Positions 20,211 through 31,595 of a stretch of DNA of 64,000 nt are shown piece by piece. The stretch is taken from contig CAXXWQ010000004.1 of assembly GCA_963674945.2 (NCBI GenBank), forward strand, positions 3,200,001-3,264,000, in the 5' to 3' direction. The DNA comes from an uncultured Desulfosarcina sp. (GTDB lineage: Bacteria; Desulfobacterota; Desulfobacteria; Desulfobacterales; Desulfosarcinaceae). Made by a program: the position numbers and the translations under genes. The notes beneath the pieces are model-generated. The model searched no databases and was not told the origin of the DNA. It worked only from the letters and a program-made list of their open reading frames with translations. Positions within the stretch are counted from its first letter, which is position 1, and the number at the start of each line of letters is the position of its first letter.

Positions 20211-20666
20211 ATGGAGATCATCAGCACCATTTCGCTGATCAGCATCAACGAAACCTTTTTTATTCAATTGCTATCCTTCTTGCTGTTTCTATTCGTCTTG
20301 AATCGGTTGATGTTCCGACCGTTGATCGATACCATGAATCAGCGCAAGGATTATCTCTCCGATGTAAGAACGGAAATTGAAGAGGCAAAATCGGATCTGG
20401 ACGATCTCAATAAAAACCTGGGTGAACAGCGCACCCAGGCTATCCGGGAGGCCAATGCCGTCATCGGCGCCATGGAGGAAGAGGCGGATCGCACCGCGTC
20501 GGAAATGATTAACTCGGCAAGGGGACGGATCACCCAGCTCCGCATGGAAACGGAAACGAAAATCGACCAGGAATTGAAATCGGCCAGATCCCAGTTGGCC
20601 GGAGAAGTGGGATCGTTAACCACTGCCATCATGGAAAAAGTGCTGGATCGGAGACTGTCACCATGA
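20211..20666 (+). CDS. atpF: ATP synthase F0 subunit b'/b
   Basis: N.TFFIQLLSFLLFLFVLN.LMFRP...R followed by coiled coil. Confidence 0.88.
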   Translation: MEIISTISLISINETFFIQLLSFLLFLFVLNRLMFRPLIDTMNQRKDYLSDVRTEIEEAKSDLDDLNKNLGEQRTQAIREANAVIGAMEEEADRTASEMINSARGRITQLRMETETKIDQELKSARSQLAGEVGSLTTAIMEKVLDRRLSP

Positions 20667-21265
20667 AGAAAAACGACTTTTACCGTATCCGTTCCAGACT
20701 GTTTTTTGCAACGACTTGGCTAACCTTGCTGCCGGCAGCGGCCTTTGCGTCCAGCCCGGATTGGCGGCCGACCTATGACCTGGTGATGATGTATGTCAAC
20801 TTTATCATTTTTGCCGCGGTAATCGTCAAGTTTGGCCGTCAACCGTTAAAGCAATTTCTCAAAGAGAAAAAAGAGGACGTGGTATCGGAGATCGAGTCGT
20901 TGGAGGCGGAGAAGAAACGAATCGTCGAAGAGATTGAAACCACCAACGTTCAGGTATCGGAAGGAACCATCCGGCTGCAGGAGATGAAGGCGCGTCTGAT
21001 CTCCCAGGGGGAGGCGAAAAAGAAACAGATCATCGACACCGCCGAAAAACAGAGCGCCATCATGATCGAAGAGGCGCAGAAAAAAATGGCGAATCGGATC
21101 TTTCAGGCAAAGAAGACGCTCAAGCTCGAACTGGCGGATTTGGCATTCGAGCAGGCACTCATCCAACTCCCCAAAATCATCACGGACGGCGACAATCAGC
21201 GATTGCTGGACGAATACATGGCCAGCATGAACGCCGATTCCGGTTTTTCGGTTTATAATCGCTGA
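20663..21265 (+). CDS. atpF: ATP synthase F0 subunit b with N-terminal extension
   Basis: Signal-like leader ending AFAS, VNFIIF...KFGRQPL TM, long coiled coil. Confidence 0.85.
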   Translation: MKKNDFYRIRSRLFFATTWLTLLPAAAFASSPDWRPTYDLVMMYVNFIIFAAVIVKFGRQPLKQFLKEKKEDVVSEIESLEAEKKRIVEEIETTNVQVSEGTIRLQEMKARLISQGEAKKKQIIDTAEKQSAIMIEEAQKKMANRIFQAKKTLKLELADLAFEQALIQLPKIITDGDNQRLLDEYMASMNADSGFSVYNR

Positions 21266-21274
21266 ATATCACCG

Positions 21275-23761
21275 TTAATCCTCTTCGGTTAAAATATTCG
21301 TCACCATCTGACTTTTCTCATCGGCCTTGGTCTCTTCCATGCTTTCCGATTCCTTGTGGGATTCTGGAAGGGTTTGCCAATGGGTCTTGTATATGTTCCG
21401 AAAGGCGATTTGAAACATTGCCTCGATGAGGCAATAGGCGGGAAGTTGTCGTTTCACTGAGTCGATGGTGGTGATGGCCAGGCTTTTTTCGTCCGCTCCC
21501 TGTTTCAGCCGAATCAGGTTTTTCAAGAAGGCGATCATTTCAGGGGCCAGCTTTCGATGGTTTTCGGAAAGCTGGGTGGTGTCTTTCCATCGGTGTACCT
21601 GTTTTTTTATGGCATCGGTGTCGGCGTTCATGAGAAAGGATCGATTCTTTTCACTTTTTAAGAGTGGAAAACGCGATACCCTCTTTGCGATCTCTTTGGT
21701 AAGGCACCTTTTTTCCCTCTCGAGCTCTTCGCGAATCACCGGGACCATGGGTTCGGGAACGGTGAGGGTCAATTGGTTCAATTGTTCTGAAAAAACGGCA
21801 AGATGGACTCTCACATCAGCGATGGCAGCCGACCAGAATTTCTGGTTCATGGCCTTGATTGTAGATTCGTCCGGTCGCTTTTTTTGCCGACTGGATTTCA
21901 GTATCTTCAATACTTCCGGGAAAGAACGGGCGGCTCGCTGGAACAGATTTTTTCCGGTGATTGCCTTGAAGATGATGGCCAGCATTGCGAACCAGTCCTG
22001 AAAATAGTAGGCTTGTGACGAATCTTGGAAGTATTCGGCAAGGACTTCGTTTTTCAATAGATGCAGTGGCGTGGCGTACAAAGGGGTTCCCCCCAAAAGG
22101 GGTTGTTCGATGATGCCACTTTCCCCGGGAATCAGGGAGAGGGCCGTTTCGACATCGATAACGCCGATGGAAAAGGCCGAAGGGTCTTTCAGGAAGATCG
22201 GATAGTCGTCCGGATTGGCATCCAGAAAAAGATTGTCCGGCTTCAAGTCTCGCAAGGCAATGCGCTTTTCCTTTAGCTGATGCAGGAGCCGTAACGTGTT
22301 GGAGGAGAGATTTTCGATCTGTTTGTGGCTTTTGGTAAATGCCTTGGCGGACAGGTGGGTCTTTAACAGTCGGATCAGGTCTTCCACCAATTGTTGATTG
22401 GCCGCAAAGATTGTGGAAAATCTCGTTTCGATCTGGGCCGTCAATGTCTCTCCGATGTTCCAGGCTTCTCGGCTGATGGTTTCTCCGGCAAGTTTGCTGA
22501 GAATCCAGCTTCGGATTTGAAAAGGCTGGATGCTCACATCTCGCCCGGACTCAGTAACGATACGGCGAACCTCCATATCGCATTCCCGATACAGATTTTG
22601 AAGTCCTTTGAACAAGGAGAGGGATTCCAATCCATATCGGGCGGTAAAGGCTTCCTGGTCCCATGCCGTCTCCGGCGCCTCCCGAATCTCATCGCCGATT
22701 TGCTCCTTGGGTGCATGCAATTCGTCGATAACGCGGCTCAAAAAGAAGTTGTTGGTCAGTTCCATGAAAAAGGCGAAGTGGTCGCCCACCTTAAGGTATT
22801 GCTGGTATTCCTCTTCCTCTTCGACCAGGCGGATATACCGTTTTTCCAATTGTTCCTTGTTAAGGGAGTCGGCATAGGGGAGGGTCTTCACCTTCTCGAG
22901 AACCACCGATACCCTGGGTACGATACAGGCGATGGGAGACAGCTGTGCGGCAATCTGAACTTCTCTGCGTATGGCGGTAAGATAGGTTTTCATGTCGGTC
23001 ACCGGAGACGGCGGCAGCTTGATTACCATATGGGTGTCGTAAATGACGTAGAAACATTTGCTCTTGCTTCCTGACTCCTCTCCCAGTGGGCCGATGGACA
23101 TTCGTCTCGTCTGCCAATCCTGTTCACCCATAATACTCAGTTCGAAAACCTTCATCTTTCCGAAGGCTGCGTTTCCGGTCATTTTGTAACGGGCCGGCGA
23201 ATCTTTGGCCAACCCCTTCTGTACCCTGAACAACTCGAGAAAGAAAAGGGCAAGATCCCGCACATCAGAGGATTCATGTTCCCCTCCGGAGACCATGTCC
23301 ATCATCTCGTCGGATTGGGCAGCTTCGTCAACCTCGTTTTTCTGCAGCGCTTTTCGAATCAGTCGCCAGAGACGTGGCGGAAGTTGATCGATTGCGACGG
23401 CCGCAATCATCAACAAAGCGAGAAGGAAAAGGCGACTGTCGAGAAACCGGATCCACTTCGGGCTTATTCCCAGGCGTGTCATTGCGATCCGCTTTTGGCG
23501 GTCCAGGATCTTAAGCAGGCCGATCTTCTTTTCGACGGTGATGTCTCCCACGCCTTGTACATCATCTTTCATGAACATGCCCGAATTGCCGTCGATTTCG
23601 TAAAAGACAAACTGATCGGACTGTTTCACCCGATCGGCCAAAAACGGCTCTCCATCCTGTAAATAGATGATTTTCCGATTTTCGGTCACATCCACCTTTA
23701 CGATGGTGATCCCAAAGGCGCAAAGTGCGCAAACAGCAAGAATGAGTATCCACTTTTTCAT
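21275..23761 (-). CDS. Membrane-anchored atypical Ser/Thr protein kinase
   Basis: Two N-terminal hydrophobic segments; LGEESGSKS, MVIK, RREV, FFME, LRDLKPDN, IDVE, GTPLYATP, QDWF..ITGK. Confidence 0.8.
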   Translation of the reverse strand: MKKWILILAVCALCAFGITIVKVDVTENRKIIYLQDGEPFLADRVKQSDQFVFYEIDGNSGMFMKDDVQGVGDITVEKKIGLLKILDRQKRIAMTRLGISPKWIRFLDSRLFLLALLMIAAVAIDQLPPRLWRLIRKALQKNEVDEAAQSDEMMDMVSGGEHESSDVRDLALFFLELFRVQKGLAKDSPARYKMTGNAAFGKMKVFELSIMGEQDWQTRRMSIGPLGEESGSKSKCFYVIYDTHMVIKLPPSPVTDMKTYLTAIRREVQIAAQLSPIACIVPRVSVVLEKVKTLPYADSLNKEQLEKRYIRLVEEEEEYQQYLKVGDHFAFFMELTNNFFLSRVIDELHAPKEQIGDEIREAPETAWDQEAFTARYGLESLSLFKGLQNLYRECDMEVRRIVTESGRDVSIQPFQIRSWILSKLAGETISREAWNIGETLTAQIETRFSTIFAANQQLVEDLIRLLKTHLSAKAFTKSHKQIENLSSNTLRLLHQLKEKRIALRDLKPDNLFLDANPDDYPIFLKDPSAFSIGVIDVETALSLIPGESGIIEQPLLGGTPLYATPLHLLKNEVLAEYFQDSSQAYYFQDWFAMLAIIFKAITGKNLFQRAARSFPEVLKILKSSRQKKRPDESTIKAMNQKFWSAAIADVRVHLAVFSEQLNQLTLTVPEPMVPVIREELEREKRCLTKEIAKRVSRFPLLKSEKNRSFLMNADTDAIKKQVHRWKDTTQLSENHRKLAPEMIAFLKNLIRLKQGADEKSLAITTIDSVKRQLPAYCLIEAMFQIAFRNIYKTHWQTLPESHKESESMEETKADEKSQMVTNILTEED

Positions 23762-23805
23762 GGTGACTGCATTTGTTTTTTCGAGGTGTTTGCCAAACGC
23801 CTTCC

Positions 23806-24552
23806 CTAAAAATTCTCGTGGGCGTTACATTCGTATTTGAGGACCACCGAACCGACTTTTATGATGTCCATCTTTTCGAGACGAACCGGTCCGCGTATGG
23901 TCCGACCATTGACTTTCGGCCTGATCCAGCCCACTACGGCGTTGATGTAATGATGCTGCGGCGTTTTGCTGATGGTCGCAGCCGGATCGCCAGCCAGGAA
24001 AGAAAAAAAGCCTTTAATGACAATGTCGCATTGATTGCTCGTTCCGATGGTCACGAGACTTTTGTTCAATTCCATTCGCCCGCTTCCACCCGAGAGAAAG
24101 TCCACATATGTAAATTGGGCGGGCTGCGACTGCGCATCCTTGCTTTCTGCCAGCATCCGGCGGAAAGCCTCGCCTTCCATGAACATGGTCTCGTCAGGAC
24201 CGGGATCACCGGGAGCGGCAGATGTCTTCAGCCCTGCCTGGCTGGCCCGCGTACGGGACCTTCCACGATCCAAGAACACCAGGGCGTGTTTTCCGATGGT
24301 GATGACATCGCCGTTTTTCAATGTGGCCTGCCGTACGAGCAAACCGTTGAGAAAAGTTCCGTTCTTGCTGTTCTGGTCCGATAATCGATAATGATTTCTC
24401 TCTCTTCTGATAACGGCGTGATCGCCGGAAACGCCATAGTTGTCGATAATCAGATCGTTCGTGGATTTTCTGCCGATGGTGAGAGTATCGAGACGATCGA
24501 GGGAAAGTTCTTTGATCGTTCTGTCCTTGAATTTGACAAGCAGCCTGATCAT
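23806..24552 (-). CDS. FHA-domain protein (one canonical and one degenerate FHA)
   Basis: IGR...VSGDHA...SKNGTFLNG; second repeat TIGT...KVNG. Confidence 0.9.
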   Translation of the reverse strand: MIRLLVKFKDRTIKELSLDRLDTLTIGRKSTNDLIIDNYGVSGDHAVIRRERNHYRLSDQNSKNGTFLNGLLVRQATLKNGDVITIGKHALVFLDRGRSRTRASQAGLKTSAAPGDPGPDETMFMEGEAFRRMLAESKDAQSQPAQFTYVDFLSGGSGRMELNKSLVTIGTSNQCDIVIKGFFSFLAGDPAATISKTPQHHYINAVVGWIRPKVNGRTIRGPVRLEKMDIIKVGSVVLKYECNAHENF

Positions 24553-24580
24553 TTGATTGCCAGTTCCCCTTACGGTTTTC

Positions 24581-25441
<861 letters not shown>

Positions 25442-25689
25442 GTTCGGCCCCTTTTTTTCTAAAAAACAATAAATTTAGAGAGTTGTCAAGAAAAACAGTG
25501 AGACCTGCGGCAATCGTTCTTTTTTGCATGTCCTTGGTCGAACCTTGCATCACTGCCGACAAGATGGGGCGCCATGGATGCCGCCCCCCCTGTTTTTTTC
25601 GATAGAAACAGGCAATTCGAATTATCGCGCCACCTCCAATATTCTCTGGGGCTGTTTTCATTCACAGATCCGTTTGCGTTATCGATCCG

Positions 25690-27120
25690 TTACCGGTTCT
25701 CCGGCTGATGATTGGTTTTGGCAAACAGCACGGCAATGGCCGATAGAATAGAAAATAGGGCACCGGTCAGATACCCCCAATGCAGTCCATTGACAAAGGC
25801 GTCGAGCTGACCTGCGCGAAAGGGTCCGGCGTAACCGCGCGTCGTAAACGGTGCCAGATTGTAAACGACCGCGCCGGCGATGGCAATGCCGAAAGCCATG
25901 CCGGTATTGCGCATCACGGCCAGCAGGCTGGAGGCGATGCCGCGAAACGCTGCGGGAGCGCTGCTCATGACGGCGCTGTTAACGGGGCTTTGAAACATGC
26001 CTGCGCCAAATCCGCAAACCGCAAGGCGCCAGGCCACATCCAGGTTCTCCGCACTTGTATCCAGTCGGCTGAGCAGTACCAACCCCGATGCGTGGATCAA
26101 CATACCGGCAAATCCCAGCCCCCGGGAGCCGATGTGGTCGGACAGGGCTCCACTGAGCGGACCGATGAAAAACGTCAGCGAGGCAAAGGCCATCATCACC
26201 ATTCCCACGGAAAAGACATCTTTGTGTAGTGCATCGGCCAGGTACCAGGGTGTCAGAAAAACAACAGTATAAAGGCCCATAAAATTCAGCATGGAGCTTA
26301 TACAGGCAAACGTGAAGCGGGGGTTGGAAAAAATCTTGAGATTGAGCATGGGCTGCGCAGCCCTTTGTTCTACACGAATAAATAGCGCTCCAAATCCAAT
26401 GGCACAAACCAGCAACACCGTGCCCCAAACGGAAAACCATCCTATCCGTTCTCCCCGATTGGCATACAGCATAAGGCTGAATAAAAATAAAAATGCCAGT
26501 GCCGCACCGGCCATATCCAGATGCTGTCCCGGTTTTTGTTTTCCCGGCGGGATTATCCGACGACCCCATAAAAGTGCGACAGCGGCAATGGGAACATTAA
26601 CGAAAAAGACATACCGCCAGTTCAGATATTGGGCAATGATGCCCCCCAACACCGGACCAAGCATCAACCCCAGGGCAATCGCGGTGGCATAAATGCCGAT
26701 GGCTTTGCCCCTTTCTCTGCGAGGAAAAGCAGAAGTGACAATGGCCAACCCCAGGGCCATCTGCATGGCCACGGTAAGACCCTGGACGGCCCGGAAAATA
26801 ATGAGCATCCAGATATTGCGGGACAAACCGCACAGCAGCGATGCAAAGGCAAAACAGGCAAGTCCGGTGAGAAAAATCCGTTTATAGCCAAGCATGTCTC
26901 CCAGTCGGCCGTAGACAAGGATAAAAGAGCAGATGGCCAGCAGATAGATGGTGGGGACCCATTGTGCGAGAGCGTAATCGGTCTGAAAATGATTGGCAAT
27001 CGTCGGAAGGACCACATTGACAATACTTCCATCGATGGGTCCCATGATGACGCCCAGCATCACGGCGCAGAGAATCATCCATTTGTTTTCATCGCCCTTT
27101 GTATCATTTGTGTGTTCCAT
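25690..27120 (-). CDS. MFS transporter, DHA2/EmrB-like
   Basis: DGSIVNVVLP, GRLGDMLGYKR, FRAVQG, WRYVFFVNVP; about 14 TM. Confidence 0.92.
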   Translation of the reverse strand: MEHTNDTKGDENKWMILCAVMLGVIMGPIDGSIVNVVLPTIANHFQTDYALAQWVPTIYLLAICSFILVYGRLGDMLGYKRIFLTGLACFAFASLLCGLSRNIWMLIIFRAVQGLTVAMQMALGLAIVTSAFPRRERGKAIGIYATAIALGLMLGPVLGGIIAQYLNWRYVFFVNVPIAAVALLWGRRIIPPGKQKPGQHLDMAGAALAFLFLFSLMLYANRGERIGWFSVWGTVLLVCAIGFGALFIRVEQRAAQPMLNLKIFSNPRFTFACISSMLNFMGLYTVVFLTPWYLADALHKDVFSVGMVMMAFASLTFFIGPLSGALSDHIGSRGLGFAGMLIHASGLVLLSRLDTSAENLDVAWRLAVCGFGAGMFQSPVNSAVMSSAPAAFRGIASSLLAVMRNTGMAFGIAIAGAVVYNLAPFTTRGYAGPFRAGQLDAFVNGLHWGYLTGALFSILSAIAVLFAKTNHQPENR

Positions 27121-27183
27121 ATCGATTTTTCCAACCAGCGGCAATTTCCAAAACAGACATTTTTCTTTTCACTCTGGGCAATG

Positions 27184-27498
27184 CTACACCAGGGAAAGCT
27201 TACCGAAATAATTGGCAAGGTAAAAGGCCATTGCCAAGGCTCCGATAAAGTAGCTGATGAAGATGGCCTGGTGCCGCTGGTTCAGCCTCCCGAAGTAGAC
27301 AAAAGCAAAGGCGATGAAAAAATTAATAGCGGCCCAAGCAATATTTGACACCGGTGAGGACAACCCCACGCCAGGGTGATCTGAAAATGGGGATGGGAAA
27401 GGTCTTCCGCTTATACCGTTGATAAAATGTGGCAGGAAGTTAACGAATATACCCCCTGCAACAAAAGCAAAGACATGATGATACCATCGTGTTTCCAT
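27184..27498 (-). CDS. Small membrane protein of unknown function
   Basis: Three hydrophobic segments, N.LPHF..GISG..FPSPF motif. Confidence 0.7.
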   Translation of the reverse strand: METRWYHHVFAFVAGGIFVNFLPHFINGISGRPFPSPFSDHPGVGLSSPVSNIAWAAINFFIAFAFVYFGRLNQRHQAIFISYFIGALAMAFYLANYFGKLSLV

Positions 27499-27550
27499 AT
27501 ATATGCCTTTTTCTCATTATACTTCACTGAAGTGTCTACATATTCGACTC

Positions 27551-28003
27551 TCACTTGCTCATTCTCATAATTAGAAATTGTGGAATCTTTATCGAGAAAA
27601 AAAACACCCGGACATCCATTCTTAAGCGCGTTAACCTGGAAAAACGAATGCGCCATTGATTCTCGACCTTTTTATACTTTTCATGATAATGTCCATATCC
27701 ATGTAAGTCGATACCACCTGAGAACCGAACAAGATCTTCCATTGCCCAAATTCCGGTAGCAGTATCCGATGAGGTGAGCTCAATTTCCGGCATGTGGCCA
27801 TGATGGACCGTAGTCTTGGAAGAAATCGTTTTTCTTATGAAAGATACGAACGCATCGGCTCCATTGACAACCTTTCCGCCTGAAGCTGTTGTATCACTGG
27901 TGAAATCTTCAGTGAAGACATCGCGAAAAGAATCCCAATCTTTCGTATCCAGAGCACGAAAGTATCTGGACTTAAGATTTTTTATATCTTCAATATCATT
28001 CAT
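27551..28003 (-). CDS. NTF2/SnoaL-like protein (BaiE/LinA-like)
   Basis: IK.LK.RY.R.LD.KDW, HHGHMPEI, ATGIW.M.D, GYGHY.E.Y. Confidence 0.88.
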   Translation of the reverse strand: MNDIEDIKNLKSRYFRALDTKDWDSFRDVFTEDFTSDTTASGGKVVNGADAFVSFIRKTISSKTTVHHGHMPEIELTSSDTATGIWAMEDLVRFSGGIDLHGYGHYHEKYKKVENQWRIRFSRLTRLRMDVRVFFFSIKIPQFLIMRMSK

Positions 28004-28094
28004 GCGTCAAATTCCTGTTGCCAACGGGGAAGCCGCATACCAAACTCTGTGTGTTTATTCATATGAGTATTTCGTGGAACACCCATATCCCGCA

Positions 28095-28562
28095 TCATGC
28101 CACTACATATGAACCGGTGCCAACGGCAATGAGATCATCCTTATCGTTATTCAGTTCAATCCGGGTAACAGCAACTTTATTTCCCGTTCTTAACACATAG
28201 CCCGAGGAAACAAACCATTTCCCCAGACCAGGCCGCAAATAGTCGACGCGTAAATCAATCGTTCCCAGCTTCTTAAATCGTTCCAGCTTTTTTTCTGTTG
28301 TTTCGCCGGACATTTTTTTCTGAACACCGATAAATGCCGACAGGCCGCCGGTAACGTCAATGACAGAGGAAATAACACCACCGTGCAATGTTCCTCGCGT
28401 GTAATTTCCAATCAGCTCATCCCGAATTTCAAAACGAACTTTCGCAATGTCATAATTTAACGACTCGACTTTCAGCCCAAGTACTCTGTTAAATGGAATC
28501 TTATCTTCAAATATTTCTCTAATTGTCAAAAACAATTCTTCATTTTTTTCAAACCGATCCAT
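28095..28562 (-). CDS. Hotdog-fold thioesterase (PaaI/YigI-like)
   Basis: IPFNRVLG, LHGGVISSVID, TIDLRVDYLRPG; SD GGAGGA before ATG 28562. Confidence 0.9.
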   Translation of the reverse strand: MDRFEKNEELFLTIREIFEDKIPFNRVLGLKVESLNYDIAKVRFEIRDELIGNYTRGTLHGGVISSVIDVTGGLSAFIGVQKKMSGETTEKKLERFKKLGTIDLRVDYLRPGLGKWFVSSGYVLRTGNKVAVTRIELNNDKDDLIAVGTGSYVVA

Positions 28563-28582
28563 TATTCCTCCCATGTTAGAAG

Positions 28583-28658
28583 ATCGGGCAGCCGGGGTTT
28601 GTATCGGCCCAACCCCCGAATAACCGTACGTGCGAATTTTTCAGCATTGGTGCGGTTC
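28583..28658 (-). mobile_element. Group II intron 3'-end relic (domains V-VI)
   Basis: Minus strand GAACCG..ATGCTGAAAAATTCGCACGTACGGTT (DV-like) then TCGGGGGTTGGG..CCCGGCT-G-CCCGAT (DVI-like, ends AT). Confidence 0.6.
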
Positions 28659-29005
28659 TGTGTTTTCGGATAATATCCATTGTTGTCATCACGTGGTATG
28701 GCGGTGAACGGCAAACTGACAAATTTACCATAAAAACAGGCGATATCAGACCCTATATCATGTTTTTCCCACCATAGAAAATGGGATATGGAAAATAGTC
28801 CCCCCATCATCGGTCTCTAAAATGCTCAATTTGTCACAAGGAAGGCAATATAGACCCAAGCATAGGGGGTATCGAGAGGGTTCCACTAAAAAGTGAAGCG
28901 AAAGCATCGGTATGATTCGGCAATGAACGATTGGAAAGTGTGTATTCGTATTCCGGAATTTGTGGTATTGATGTGCGTCTTTGTTTGCGGATCAAGGAGG
29001 AATGA

Positions 29006-29773
29006 ATGGAAATATCAGAGAAAATTGCAGTTGTCAGTGGCGGTGCTTCCGGCTTGGGCGAAGCGACGGTGAAAGGTCTGGTTGCTTCGGGTGCCAAGGT
29101 GGCGATTCTTGATACAAACGTTGACGCTGGCAACGAAATTGCGAGTCAGCTCGGTGATAACGCAATATTTTGTGAAGCAGACATGGCGATGGAAGATTCC
29201 GTTCAATCTGCAATCGAAACAGCGTATAAGACATTTGGTGCGATTCACATTGCCGTTTCATGTGCAGGTGTTTTGTTGCCCGCAAGAGTCATCGGCAAAA
29301 AAGGCCCCTTTCCCATGGATCAATTCGATCGAGTCGTTCAGGTCAATCTCATGGGAACGATGAATGTAATTCGGCTTGCCGGGATGAAGATGAAGGAAAA
29401 CAAACCAAATGAGGATGGTGAAGTTGGTGTTATTATCAATACTGCTTCTGTCGCTGCATTTGAGGGCCAGATCGGCCACGCGGCTTATAGCGCCTCAAAG
29501 GGTGGTATCGCCAGTATGACGTTGCCCGTTGCCAGGGAGTTTGCCGAATACGGTATCCGCGTCGTTTCCATAGCCCCTGGCCTGTTTCGGACCGCCATGA
29601 TGATGGAAGTACCGGAATCCATCCGTGTCTCTTTGGCGAAGAGGGCGACATTTCCAAAACGATTCGGGTATCCCCATGAATATGCACATCTGGTCTCATG
29701 CATCATAGAAAATCCCATGATAAATGGCTGTACCATCAGGTTGGATGCCGCCTACAGGATGCAAGCCAGGTAG
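29006..29773 (+). CDS. SDR oxidoreductase, 3-hydroxyacyl-CoA dehydrogenase type II-like
   Basis: [34 protein letters not shown]. Confidence 0.92.
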   Translation: MEISEKIAVVSGGASGLGEATVKGLVASGAKVAILDTNVDAGNEIASQLGDNAIFCEADMAMEDSVQSAIETAYKTFGAIHIAVSCAGVLLPARVIGKKGPFPMDQFDRVVQVNLMGTMNVIRLAGMKMKENKPNEDGEVGVIINTASVAAFEGQIGHAAYSASKGGIASMTLPVAREFAEYGIRVVSIAPGLFRTAMMMEVPESIRVSLAKRATFPKRFGYPHEYAHLVSCIIENPMINGCTIRLDAAYRMQAR

Positions 29774-30189
29774 CGGCGGTGATGAAAGCTGGGTGTCTGC
29801 ATGCAATTGGACAATCATACCATTAGAATCCAGCAAATCAATATCAGCAGCGATACTAACGTTACCGGAATACCGACGGCTGCGTGCTGCAAAAATGTTA
29901 TTTTAATATTGAAGCGTTCTGCCTGTTCCACGACTATCAGATTTGCTATGCTGCCCAACAAAAAGAAATTTCCGGCAAAGGTACTCGACACAGCCAGCGT
30001 GTACCATTGGGCATGTTCAAGGGGATCAAGAGACCCAGTGAGTAACATTGTTGCCGGTACATTGCTGAACAGGTTGCTCGTTACTGCGGAAACCCCTGTC
30101 AATATCGGCAGGTTATGCAGATTCATCCCCATATTGGATAGCCGGTTCATCAAAATGGCAAGATAGCCACTTTGAGAAATACCATGGAT

Positions 30190-31595
30190 CACTCTTGTCC
30201 AAGAACCGATTTGAACAGAAGTAATTCGATAAGCACTTGAAAAAAAGCCTCCTTGTAAGGCATGGTTTAATCGCCAAAAGAAACCGTTAGCCAAACAAAG
30301 GAGGCAGACAGATGGTACGCCATGCAAGCTTGTTCAGTCAACTGGTTGCTTTGTTTCATCGAGGTCAATTTTTCAATCTGGTTTTTCGTCATCAAGCTGA
30401 ACGTTACGCAAAAGGCTTCAGCAGTTGGGACCATTTTGTAGCCATGCTTTTTTGTCAACTGGCTCAAGCCAAGAGTCTGCGTGAAATTTGTGGCGGATTA
30501 TCCTGTTGCCTTGGCAAACTCCGTCACCTTGGGGTGAAAAAGGCGCCGAACAAATCCACGTTGTCCTATGCCAATGCCCATCGGCCCTGGCAAATGTATC
30601 GCGACCTTTTTTACCAGACACTTGATGTGTGCAAGATGACAGGTCCAGGCAAACATCGGTTCCGATTTAAAAATAAGTTGCTGTCGCTGGACAGTTCAAC
30701 CATTTCGCTGTGTTTGTCGCTTTTTCCGTGGGCAAAATTCCGCCAGACCAAGGGGGCCGTTAAACTTCACTTGCTATTGGATCATGACGGGTATCTGCCG
30801 ACCTATGCTTATATCTCCAACGGCAAAAAGCATGATGTCACCATTGCCCGTAAGATTCCTCTGTCACCCCAATCGATCGTCGCCATGGATCGGGGGTATA
30901 ATGATTATCGGCTATTTGCCTACTGGACGGAAAATCAGATCTATTTTGTCACCCGTTTAAAGGACAATGCCGATTACACGGTGATTGAACAACGACAGGT
31001 CCCTTTCAATAGAAACATCCTGTCCGACGAATTGATCCAGTTCAACGGTCACTACGCTCGTAAGAATTGTCCCCACACGCTACGAAAGGTAACCGTTTGG
31101 GATAAAGAACAGGATCGTGAAATCGTATTGCTGACCAATCATCTGGAATTTGGGGCCACCACAATATCCGCCATTTACAAAGATCGATGGCAAATAGAAT
31201 TGTTCTTCAAGGCACTCAAACAGAATCTGAAGGTGAAAACCTTTGTTGGAACCAGCGAGAATGCGCTGTATATCCAGATTTGGACAGCATTAATTGCCAT
31301 GCTGCTAATCAAGTACCTGAAGTTTAAGTCCCGATTCAATTGGTCGTTGTCAAATCTGGTTGCTTTTCTCAGATGGAATCTTTTTACTTACAGGGATTTA
31401 TGGGAATGGATCGACAAGCCATTTGATGTCCTTCCCGGAACGACTCAGTCTGTCCAATATCCTCTTCCGTTTAAGGGAATTGGACAGCACCAACTGAAAG
31501 AGGCAACCTGATTCTGAAGTTAGGCGGATTTCTCGCCTAACACGTTGAAATATCAAAGAGCAGTTGCGGGTTTCTGATTATTTTGGACAGCAATG
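30190..31595 (+). mobile_element. IS4-family insertion sequence, 1406 bp
   Basis: 9-bp direct repeat ACCATGGAT at 30181-30189 and 31596-31604; imperfect ends CACTCTTGTCCAA / CATTGCTGTCCAA (reverse complement). Confidence 0.93.
30312..31511 (+). CDS. IS4-family DDE transposase
   Basis: LDSSTI, KLH, MDRGY, Y..RWQIELFFK.LKQ motif. Confidence 0.95.
   Translation: MVRHASLFSQLVALFHRGQFFNLVFRHQAERYAKGFSSWDHFVAMLFCQLAQAKSLREICGGLSCCLGKLRHLGVKKAPNKSTLSYANAHRPWQMYRDLFYQTLDVCKMTGPGKHRFRFKNKLLSLDSSTISLCLSLFPWAKFRQTKGAVKLHLLLDHDGYLPTYAYISNGKKHDVTIARKIPLSPQSIVAMDRGYNDYRLFAYWTENQIYFVTRLKDNADYTVIEQRQVPFNRNILSDELIQFNGHYARKNCPHTLRKVTVWDKEQDREIVLLTNHLEFGATTISAIYKDRWQIELFFKALKQNLKVKTFVGTSENALYIQIWTALIAMLLIKYLKFKSRFNWSLSNLVAFLRWNLFTYRDLWEWIDKPFDVLPGTTQSVQYPLPFKGIGQHQLKEAT

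Noticed and set aside
17430..21265. Classical N-ATPase operon
   Set aside because: Lacks atpD, atpC, atpA and atpG and has two separate b genes.
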